A stretch of 63,413 nt of DNA, filler included, from Octopus bimaculoides (lineage: Eukaryota), in NCBI RefSeq assembly GCF_001194135.2. It is 6 parts of 6 records of this genome, joined end to end, with 100 filler letters (N's around TTAATTAATTAA, not from the genome) between each part and the next. Parts side by side here need not be neighbours in the genome. Positions count along the whole stretch, not along the records: positions 1 to 15,002 come from NC_068986.1; 5 more parts are not named here. One strand, given 5' to 3'. Shown piece by piece: positions 1 to 9,979 of this stretch (positions within the stretch are counted from its first letter, which is position 1; each line of letters starts with the position of its first letter). The notes beneath the pieces are model-generated. The model did not search any database. It was not told the DNA's origin and saw only the letters and a program-made list of their open reading frames with translations. Both the position numbers and the translations under genes were made by a program.

Positions 1-341
1 AAACTTTCAAAATACAAAGACCTGGAAATAGAGATAACTCGAATGTGGAATCTAAAAACAGAAACAATTCCTATCATAGTAGGTGCCTTAGGTATAATAA
101 AAAAAATATTCAGACAAATACATAACAAAAACACCAGGACTTACAAATATATATAACATACAGAAAATTGCACTACTGGTTACTGCACACATTCTACGCA
201 AAACACTTTCAATACAGTAAACATAAGAGCACCACAGCAAACCACAGCACATACCCAAGGCGCACAGAGCTGCGCTCGGTAGTGAAGGGAAAGCACATTA
301 TAAAAATAAAACTACTGAACAATAATAATAATAATAATAAT
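1..341 (+). mobile_element. 3' end of an RLE-type non-LTR retrotransposon (R4/Dong-like) with 3' UTR and (AAT)n tail
   Basis: Frame 1 reads KLSKYKDLEIEITRMWNLKTETIPIIVGALGII. After a frameshift in an A-run it continues KYITKTPGLTNIYNIQKIALLVTAHILRKTLSIQ* (TAA 218-220). This resembles the C-terminus of R4/Dong-like ORFs (KYxDLxxE..LW....PIVVGALG...QKxALLGTAHILR). An (AAT)7 tail follows at 321-341. Confidence 0.75.
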
Positions 342-961
342 ATCCGCAGCTGCAAATGTAGGGAAAGATCTCAATGTCCCGTATTGGGTCAATGTTTAAC
401 TAAAAACGTCATATATAAATGTACAATAATGACGGAAACTAATAACTTCATCTACATCGGGTGCTCTGTAAATATGAAAAATCGCCTTAATAACTATGTT
501 GCATCCTTTAGACTTGGGCATAAAGCTATCAGTACCTCATTATTTATGAAAATCTGGGAAATCAAGGATAGTAATAGTGAATTTAGCCTAAAATGGGATA
601 TAATCCGTAGAGCTCAACCATACAAGAATAGCCGATATGGATATGAACTATGTTGTAGGGAGATTTACGAAATATTTAAATATAGGGATACGGAAAGCCT
701 AATTAATAATAAATTAGATCTTAGAGTATCTTGTGTACATAGAATTACCCTTACCTTCAAATACTTTAGAAGCAAATAATAATTAGCTTATCATACTACG
801 ATTTGATAGCATGAGTTATCTGGGATGTCATATTATTCATAGTACACCCTCTATTATCTAGAAATATATGTAGTATTGATCTCTAATAACCCTTAGCCAG
901 CATAATCTGCAATCCTTCAATATCTATATTAGATATATTCCCCTTCGGTATTGGGAATTTA

Positions 962-1243
962 TCTACATATATAAAACTGAGAATGTGCCTGTCTGTATGC
1001 GAGGATCACTAAAACTCGAGAATCACCCAACCGATTTCATTCAAATTTTACACATGCCTTACTTAGGTTCCATGGGCCCCAAAAAGTTTCAACCTCTTGC
1101 CTAATGCGAGCCCGGAGCAATCTCTTATCTCTTGCACTATTTCAGTATTATGTGTGAAAAGTGAAACAATAACATCTCTATTGTAATGTGAGATAATACT
1201 TTCAGATTTAATAGTTTCACTATTAATACTGAAATTATTATCT

Positions 1244-1280
<37 letters not shown>

Positions 1281-1998
1281 NNNNNNNNNNNNNNNNNNNN
1301 NNNNNNNNNNNNNNNNNNNNNNNNNNNNNNNNNNNNNNNNNNNNNNNNNNNNNNNNNNNNNNNNNNNNNNNNNNNNNNNNNNNNNNNNNNNNNNNNNNNN
1401 NNNNNNNNNNNNNNNNNNNNNNNNNNNNNNNNNNNNNNNNNNNNNNNNNNNNNNNNNNNNNNNNNNNNNNNNNNNNNNNNNNNNNNNNNNNNNNNNNNNN
1501 NNNNNNNNNNNNNNNNNNNNNNNNNNNNNNNNNNNNNNNNNNNNNNNNNNNNNNNNNNNNNNNNNNNNNNNNNNNNNNNNNNNNNNNNNNNNNNNNNNNN
1601 NNNNNNNNNNNNNNNNNNNNNNNNNNNNNNNNNNNNNNNNNNNNNNNNNNNNNNNNNNNNNNNNNNNNNNNNNNNNNNNNNNNNNNNNNNNNNNNNNNNN
1701 NNNNNNNNNNNNNNNNNNNNNNNNNNNNNNNNNNNNNNNNNNNNNNNNNNNNNNNNNNNNNNNNNNNNNNNNNNNNNNNNNNNNNNNNNNNNNNNNNNNN
1801 NNNNNNNNNNNNNNNNNNNNNNNNNNNNNNNNNNNNNNNNNNNNNNNNNNNNNNNNNNNNNNNNNNNNNNNNNNNNNNNNNNNNNNNNNNNNNNNNNNNN
1901 NNNNNNNNNNNNNNNNNNNNNNNNNNNNNNNNNNNNNNNNNNNNNNNNNNNNNNNNNNNNNNNNNNNNNNNNNNNNNNNNNNNNNNNNNNNNNNNNNN

Positions 1999-2038
<40 letters not shown>

Positions 2039-2280
2039 TAGTATATATATATATATATAAGTATATAAATATATATTTACATATGTATATAAATATATAA
2101 ATATGTGCGTATATAGATATATATGCATATTTATATAAGTGTGTGTATGTTTGTAACCCCACCATCGCTTGACAACCGATTTTGCATACTCCCGCATGGT
2201 CGCAGTCACATGACTGAAACAAGCAAAACAATAAAGACTATGCTATTTCAATCCCGAGCAACGCCGGGTTTCTCTTCTAG
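962..2280 (+). mobile_element. Non-autonomous Helitron (contains an N gap and a SINE fragment)
   Basis: The 5' end is A|TCTACATATATAAAACTG (A961, TC at 962). The 3' end is the hairpin CCCGAGCAACGCCGGG, 8 nt, then CTAG|T (2277-2281). This is an A^T insertion with no TSD. Linking the two ends across the 1281-1998 gap is inferred. Confidence 0.75.
2095..2235 (+). mobile_element. 3' half of CORE-type tRNA-derived SINE (family B)
   Basis: ccccaccatcgcttgacaaccga...catggtcgcagtcacatgactgaaacaagcaaaa matches the full copies at 6044 and 43968. Confidence 0.75.
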
Positions 2281-2779
2281 TAAGATATATTTGCAACGGA
2301 TTATTAAATCTTGCGCCTCCCATAAGTATAAGGTATACCACATAGGAACTGCTATTATTCTACATAAATCAGTGTCTCAGATATATTTTTACAAATATTT
2401 TATAAACCCAGTTCCATAGGTATCTTTATCTTAATTTATTCTTTAATTAGTATTTGATATACATATCTTGATTTATCCTTATTTTTTACCTCTGTTATAC
2501 CTTTTATATGAACGGCAATGAAATGTTTTATTTTATAAAGTCTTTATAAACAAAATTTTTATATAAAAATATTTTATCTTTATTTTCTGTATCTTACATT
2601 ACTTCTACTATTTTTCTCAGCTACTATCTAAATTATAGTTGGCTTAATAAGATATGCATTTTTTCCAAACTCATTCTGCCACAAATATAACATAAGGAAA
2701 CAATGTAATGATTTTGGTTCCTAGTATTGATATAAATTTGTTAAAAATGGCTTATCGCTTATGTTAGAAATCTATATGG

Positions 2780-2875
2780 TCAGCTACTTCTGGAGAGAGC
2801 GGTTTCTTTCAAATTGATGTAATGTTTTCATTGATCGATTACATGGAGCTGCTTGAAACGGCCGTAATGTATTGA
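2780..2875 (+). ncRNA. Degenerate minimal type I hammerhead ribozyme (Penelope-associated)
   Basis: Stem I TCAGCTACTT/ATGTATTGA. Core CTGGAGA (2790-2796; consensus CUGANGA). Stem II GAGCGGTTTC/GGAGCTGCTT with an inner ATGTAAT/ATTACAT helix. GAAAC-GGCC-GTA (2855-2866) with a palindromic tetraloop. Confidence 0.6.
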
Positions 2876-2987
2876 TACCTGGGTATCCTTGTTACTTACA
2901 TTATTTTCACCTAACTTGGAGCTGTACGGACTATACTGAACTGGCTTGGCGCCTCAATTTAAGTGCCTAATTCAACTGAATCTTAAT

Positions 2988-3020
<33 letters not shown>

Positions 3021-3623
3021 GTATATATATANNNNNNNNNNNNNNNNNNNNNNNNNNNNNNNNNNNNNNNNNNNNNNNNNNNNNNNNNNNNNNNNNNNNN
3101 NNNNNNNNNNNNNNNNNNNNNNNNNNNNNNNNNNNNNNNNNNNNNNNNNNNNNNNNNNNNNNNNNNNNNNNNNNNNNNNNNNNNNNNNNNNNNNNNNNNN
3201 NNNNNNNNNNNNNNNNNNNNNNNNNNNNNNNNNNNNNNNNNNNNNNNNNNNNNNNNNNNNNNNNNNNNNNNNNNNNNNNNNNNNNNNNNNNNNNNNNNNN
3301 NNNNNNNNNNNNNNNNNNNNNNNNNNNNNNNNNNNNNNNNNNNNNNNNNNNNNNNNNNNNNNNNNNNNNNNNNNNNNNNNNNNNNNNNNNNNNNNNNNNN
3401 NNNNNNNNNNNNNNNNNNNNNNNNNNNNNNNNNNNNNNNNNNNNNNNNNNNNNNNNNNNNNNNNNNNNNNNNNNNNNNNNNNNNNNNNNNNNNNNNNNNN
3501 NNNNNNNNNNNNNNNNNNNNNNNNNNNNNNNNNNNNNNNNNNNNNNNNNNNNNNNNNNNNNNNNNNNNNNNNNNNNNNNNNNNNNNNNNNNNNNNNNNNN
3601 NNNNNNNNNNNNNNNNNNNNNNN

Positions 3624-3660
3624 GATGAAAACTGAAAGAAGCCCTTCATATGTATGTGTG

Positions 3661-3723
<63 letters not shown>

Positions 3724-3960
3724 GTGTATGTGTGTGTGTATGTGTATTTTCGTGTCTGTGTTTGTCCCCCACTGCCGCTTGACAACCAGTGTTGGTGTGT
3801 TTATGTCCTCGTAACTTAGCGCTTCTGGAAAAAACGGACTGATAGAATAAGTAAAAGGCTTAACAAAAAATAAGTAGTGGTTTCAATTCATTCGACTAAA
3901 AATTCGTCAAGGTTGTACCCCAGCGTGACTGCAGTCTAATGACTGAAGCAGGTAAAAGAA
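3624..3960 (+). mobile_element. CORE-type tRNA-derived SINE (family B), 5' part lost in gap
   Basis: gaaaactgaaagaagccc-(TG)n-gtgtttgtcccc...gcttgacaacc...gtaacttagc...gatagaataagta...gactgcagtctaatgactgaa. Confidence 0.85.
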
Positions 3961-5079
3961 AGGAAAAAAATAGTGCATTCACCCACCTAAACTGTCAAAA
4001 AGAAAACTCTTTGGGTCGTATAATTTGGTAGGACTGAGCCTAGCAAAAAATATTGCCATCAATAGCCCACAGCAAAGGTGCAGTCCTTGGTATAACCTGG
4101 TGTGGCCCAGGTTTGGGAATTCCAAGGCTTTGAGGGGTGAGGAACCACCTCTTAGCCACAATTGTTTTCAGGTCTACCCTGCAATGGAGTAGTAGCACCT
4201 GTCAGAGACCCAACTATCGGTTAATTAGCATATTAGGACTTGCCTACCTATGTATGTGAAAACTGGATCTGTCGGACTCTGCTGAAGAAGATTTCAGCGG
4301 AGGGGATGGCGGCTGCAGCAACGCATTGTGGAGAGCAGAGCGCAGGATGAGGCAAGCAAGACAACTTGGTCATCCACCGCATCCGTTTCTATCCCTAGTC
4401 GTCTTGTCCTGGTCTTGGCACTGGATTGAAGTTTGCCATAGACTAAAGAGTGAGGTTGGCAGCGTGCAACTCTTCTTCACTTTAAACAAAGTCAAAGTCA
4501 CCGTGCAAGTCATCAGTCACCCTCACGGATGACTAGACGGTCATCGTGGCCCCGAACTACGAACACACATGCACTAAAGGAGAATAGTTGCCACATCATC
4601 AATGATTTATAATTTACGTAAACTCAAGCCCCTCGGAACTTAGAGGAAAACCGCCAGTTTCTACTTTTTTAATCATTTCAATGGACAGACACTAGTGCTT
4701 TAATGCTTGCACGCACTTTCCGAGTATCTGACGTCAAGATTCACAAATAGCCTTCTGTACTTGGCAATTCTACACGCTGTATCAGATCTTTCAGCGTTTT
4801 CAGTTCCACCAATAACTTTATTAGTTTAGGTAGTAGAAAGCAGAATGATTTCTCTATTACCTGTTATATCTACTATATCTGTTCTGTGAATAATGATCGA
4901 AGATCTCATTATTCTCATTTTAAATTATGTCTGCCTGACCAAGACTGGCGGTTAATTAGATTTATTTTTCCCCTAAATATAAATCACACTTTGAAAGTGG
5001 CCAATAATTTGAAGTAGAAAGAACCAAAATTATACGTCTTGCTCAATAAATACAACCATATGTTTGTGTGTGCGTGTGT

Positions 5080-5124
<45 letters not shown>

Positions 5125-5216
5125 NNNNNNNNNNNNNNNNNNNNNNNNNNNNNNNNNNNNNNNNNNNNNNNNNNNNNNNNNNNNNNNNNNNNNNNNNNNN
5201 NNNNNNNNNNNNNNNN

Positions 5217-5318
<102 letters not shown>

Positions 5319-6043
5319 GAGAGAGGCAAACATACAGACAGACATACAGAACAGAACAGAATAGAACAGACAGAGATAGAGAAAGAGAAAGATGTAAATA
5401 AAAGTGGGAGAAAAAAGAGAGGGTTGCTTGATTAAGCTATTCCAACCATGCTTTGACCGACTGTAAAACGTTTAAGATTCAGTTCAATTCAATTTACTCC
5501 CATTGTAATAGTTCAGATATAATGAAAAATATATATTAAATTAGTGATACCAAGTAAATAAAAACAACTTGTATTGTCAGAACAAACTTCGAAACGATAA
5601 ACGAAAATCAATTAAGCCTATTCATCATTTTTTTATTTCAATCTACAGAGTAATATTTAAATTTGTCCTGTTTATATGTCTACTACATAAGTTATATATA
5701 CCATACCTTGATACTGTGTTGCTGAGATCCTCGTTGACAGGCTGCTAATATTAAATAAGTGTTAAACATGTACAGTATGCAAATTAGTAGCTCCACTTCT
5801 CTGTAGCTAGTGAATTTGATGAGTATATATTCAGATTGACTGCCCTTTTCGTTGGGTTAGGTCGAATAGATGCAGAGATCTCCGATGCGAATCTTTTGAG
5901 GTTCGAAAATAAGCTTAGTCTATCAATCATGTTTTTGTTCATTGTTTCAACCAACAGAATTAGTTAAATATTCCCTCTTTGTATATCTACCACGTAGGTT
6001 GCACACAAACACACACACATACATATATAAATCTTTTGTTGTA

Positions 6044-6435
6044 GGCGCAGCCATGGCTGTGTAGTAAGAAGACTGCTTCCCAACAACATGGTTCCGGGTT
6101 CCATCCCACTGCGTTGGTAACTTGGGCAAGTGTCTTCTACTATGGCCCCGGGCCGACCAAAGCCTTGTGAGTGGATTTGGTAGACGGAAACTGAAAGAAG
6201 CACGTCGTATGATATGTGTGTGTGTGTGTTCGGGTCTGTGTTTGTCTCCCACTGTCGCTTGACAATCGGTGTTGGTGTGTTTACGTTCCTGTAACTTAGT
6301 GATTCGGCAAAAGACACTGATAGAATAAGTACCAAGCTTTAAGAAATAAGTACTGGAGTCGATGCATTCGACTAAAAATTCTTCAAGGAGGTGTCCAAGC
6401 ATGACCGCAGTCCAATCATTTAAACGAGTAAAAGA
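6044..6435 (+). mobile_element. Full-length CORE-type tRNA-derived SINE (family B)
   Basis: tRNA-like head ggcgcagccatggctgtgtagtaag (A box) and ggttccatccc (B-box-like), CORE-like cttgggcaagtgtctt, internal (TG)n, and a 3' end gagtaaaaga. Confidence 0.9.
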
Positions 6436-6460
6436 TTATATATATATATATTAGAAAAAT

Positions 6461-6559
6461 TATTCTTGTTGGTTCTTCAGATATGATTTCACTCCAATAA
6501 TACTATAAAAGAGACAGATCCTCTGAAGTGAAATCATATCTGAAGAACCTACAAGAATA
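6461..6559. repeat. Near-perfect 33-bp inverted repeat (hairpin / mini-MITE)
   Basis: TATTCTTGTTGGTTCTTCAGATATGATTTCACT (6461-6493) is the reverse complement of AGTGAAATCATATCTGAAGAACCTACAAGAATA (6527-6559) with one mismatch. The loop is 33 nt. Confidence 0.9.
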
Positions 6560-6781
6560 GGTGCAAGCGCTAATATTTATAAAACATGTGACATATTAAT
6601 AAAAATCTGTAAATGTACAACCGTCCAGATATCTGAGTACCTTATTATTTTTTCTAATATATAATTCTTGTACATCACCTCCAAACCTTCCAACATATAT
6701 ATATATATCAAGTCATAACCTTATCCATATATTGTTTTCATAATCGGTCATAATGTCTTACGTTTAAGATGATTCCCATGC

Positions 6782-6868
6782 TATCCCTGATGAGAAGGTT
6801 ACAACTTTAATATCAAAGATCCCTATGGATCACACAGGTTGTAATCCTTTGAAACATATGTAGGAATA
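6782..6868 (+). ncRNA. Minimal type I hammerhead ribozyme with intact catalytic core (Penelope-type)
   Basis: Stem I TATCC/GGAATA (one bulge). CTGATGA at 6787-6793. Stem II GAAGG-TTACAAC...GTTGTAA-T-CCTTT with an inner GATCC-ctat-GGATC hairpin. GAAAC-ATAT-GTA (6851-6862) with a palindromic loop. Predicted cleavage is after 6862. Confidence 0.8.
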
Positions 6869-7515
6869 AAGTATGCAATTATAACTTGCGTTTTCTCCAA
6901 TCCTTAAATTCTTAAATATACTCAAATACCCAAAATTTCAAGGAGTTCCTGCCTTAAAAACAGGAACTAAACCACAGTTATTTTGTGTTCTTTGCTACAT
7001 TGGTTTCTATTAACCCATTTATTCTATCAGAAGAATTTTTATTCATTAAGATAGAAGAAATACACTTAATTNNNNNNNNNNNNNNNNNNNNNNNNNNNNN
7101 NNNNNNNNNNNNNNNNNNNNNNNNNNNNNNNNNNNNNNNNNNNNNNNNNNNNNNNNNNNNNNNNNNNNNNNNNNNNNNNNNNNNNNNNNNNNNNNCCTGT
7201 TTATATGTCTACTACGTAAGTTATACACACCATATCTTGATACTGTGTTGCTGAGATTCTCGTTGCTGAGATCCTCGTTGCTGAGATCCTCATTGATATA
7301 TATATATATATATATATATAATTAACTGTCCGACGAACGGGAACAGTTTTGTGATAATTTTACAGCTTTAATAAAAGCATATTACTTTACATTTGATATT
7401 CGAGTACTATTTTTCCGCCTTGTTTTACACGTATGTGGTCGCTTGCATGTACACACATACACACACACACACACACACACAAATACATACATAAATACAT
7501 ACATACATACATACA

Positions 7516-7546
<31 letters not shown>

Positions 7547-8192
7547 TTATAAAGTAAATAGACACAATTCATTATAACGTTTTATCTGTGCGGCAACTAC
7601 TCGTTAGTACGATGCTGAGACGGATTAAATCATTAAAAGCTACACAAAGCATGTCTACTAAATATTAGATTAAGTATTCAAATCCATGATATGACGTTTT
7701 GTTTCTAGAAATAAATCTTCTAACAAAACTGATAGGGTCTATTCCTTTGAAATTTCTGTACATACATATACATATACATATNNNNNNNNNNNNNNNNNNN
7801 NNNNNNNNNNNNNNNNNNNNNNNNNNNNNNNNNNNNNNNNNNNNNNNNNNNNNNNNNNNNNNNNNNNNNNNNNNNNNNNNNNNNNNNNNNNNNNNNNNNN
7901 NNNNNNNNNNNNNNNNNNNNNNNNNNNNNNNNNNNNNNNNNNNNNNNNNNNNNNNNNNNNNNNNNNNNNNNNNNNNNNNNNNNNNNNNNNNNNNNNNNNN
8001 NNNNNNNNNNNNNNNNNNNNNNNNNNNNNNNNNNNNNNNNNNNNNNNNNNNNNNNNNNNNNNNNNTATATATATATATATATATATATCACTTGCTTTAT
8101 GATGCGCTATTATTTCTATACGCTGGAATGTTGAATACCGATTATTTAGCAACTGCACGCGATTCTAGCTGAGAGAATATAACCTTTGCTAG

Positions 8193-8239
8193 ACTGAAGT
8201 TAATGATACCCTATAAGGTCGAAACCCGGATATTTCAGT
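8193..8239 (+). ncRNA. Decayed minimal hammerhead ribozyme
   Basis: ACTGAAG/TTTCAGT stem I, TTAATGA core (from CTGATGA), TACC-ctataa-GGTC stem II, and GAAAC-CCGG-ATA with a palindromic loop. Several core mutations are present. Confidence 0.5.
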
Positions 8240-8730
8240 TGTCGAGACACCATGCTCATTCGCATATTTTTTTATGCTAAAATAATTTTTACAGGATGAC
8301 AAATATGTAATTTTATACATGACTAAACGGTTAAACAGATTATTTTTAGAATATAAATGATAGCAATTAATCAGGGGATTATGGAATGCATTAATGTAAT
8401 TATGTGCCGGCTGACTAACAAAACAAAATTTATATTTTCGAAACAAACTACTAAACAAGAAATCTAGTCAAAGCAGTAAAAGTAAATGAATTTTAAGGAG
8501 TCTGAAAGCAATGATAAAATAAATATGCATTGCTAAAATAAAATATATTTTCAGTTTCAACAAAAAATATATATATATTTCCAGGACGGAATTCATTAAA
8601 TAGTCTCTAGGTGAAAGTAAAAATTAGTGAATAACCATGAAACCAATTAACGGCTCCAGACATCGCTCAAATATAGAGGTTTATTTTCATTTTGTTTATT
8701 TAGAAAAAATGCAGGTTTGACAACTGAAAT

Positions 8731-9130
8731 AATGATTTCAAATTTTGCACAAGGCCAGCAATTTCAGAGGATTGGATAAGCCGACTACATCGACTCCAGT
8801 ATTCAACTGGTACTTATTTTATCGACCACCAAATGATGGAAGGCAAAGCCGACCTCAATGGAATTTGAACTCTGAACGTAAAGACGGACGAAATGCTGCT
8901 TATGACAACTGAAATATCGGTTTCAAATTTTGGCACAAGGTCGGCAAATTCGAGGGAGGGGGTAAGTCGATTACGTTGCCTCAGTGCTCAACAGATTCTC
9001 ATTTTATTGACCCCAGAAGGATAAAAAGCAAAGTCAACCTCAGCGGAATTTGAACTCAGAACGTAAAAACAGACGAAATGCCACAAAGCATCTCACCCGG
9101 TGTGATAAACGACTCTGCCAGCTCGCCACC
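8731..9130 (-). mobile_element. Two tandem Meta-domain-like tRNA-derived SINEs (family A)
   Basis: Reverse complement of ggtggcgagctggcag...gttctgagttcaaattcc..gaggt.gactttgc.tttcatcc..gggtc.ataaaat.ag...gccttgtgccaaaatttgaaa, twice. Each copy is preceded on the plus strand by gacaactgaaat. Confidence 0.85.
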
Positions 9131-9979
9131 TTAAGACGACTCATTCACTTCCATGCAATCAAGATCGTACTTTCACTCTCTCCCTCTCCTTCTCCCTCTC
9201 TCTCTGCGGGAGGTTGGGTGAGTTATCGTTGATAACCTATTTAAGGTTATTATTGCATTGATAGAATAATTGAAAATATCTTTTATTCATCTCGAACTTT
9301 GTATAAGACATTAAGGAGTGATTCAAAGAGGGAGTTTCCAGGTGGTTTCCTGACTTGCTAGAAAGAGTAGTCAAACCTCCCTTCAATCACACTCTACCAT
9401 ATATTTAAAATGGAAGATACGCTTGATAACGTATGTTTAAAAAAAGAGCGGGATGGTCACATGTGGAAAGACTCTGTTCATAGGGATGATCCTTCATGCT
9501 AATCGATTACAGCGACCTCCAACGCTGACAACTAAAGTCTAATATAATTTCATATCGGAACAAAAGATACATTTAAAGTTAAAAAGACGTAATTTTGTAA
9601 TCTTTTGGATTTGGGTGAAAAGTTGTTTATCCGTATGCAATTTTGTGGATCTGGTTACATAAAGAGATCGCCGTCACTCGCGAACGAGTCTGGCTTGCTA
9701 ACAAGTACCATGCTTTCGCTAATTGTTTTAGGAGTTTATGTGGTCGCGACCAACCATAAACTTACTCTTGATCCGCCAAACGATTGACCCAGAGGTACAT
9801 CCAAGGTATCAAAGCTGAAGGAAAAGAGAGCTGCACCAGAACTCAGCTGGCTCTACTTTTCAGCTAAGTAGACTTGACTAACATGAAATAAAATGTCTTG
9901 TTCAAGGACACAACGCAACACCTGATCCAAGAATTGAACCCACAACATTATGATCGTGAAGCGAACACCCTAACCTCAA

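Larger units (their letters stand above)
342..2990 (+). mobile_element. Penelope-like element remnant: GIY-YIG endonuclease C-terminus plus 3' UTR/pLTR, interrupted by a Helitron
   Basis: 342-779 encodes CKCRERSQCPVLGQCLTKNVIYKC...IYIGCS...LKWDIIRRAQPY...CCREIYEI...LINNK...SCVHR. This is the Penelope CCHH/GIY-YIG pattern. A hammerhead-like fold lies at 2780-2875. The right boundary is approximate. Confidence 0.85.

Noticed and set aside
5870-5930. Hammerhead-like ccgatgc-gaatc/ggttc-gaaa-ataagctta-gtc
   Set aside because: Stem II and a palindrome are present, but the core has several changes and no convincing stem I can be drawn.
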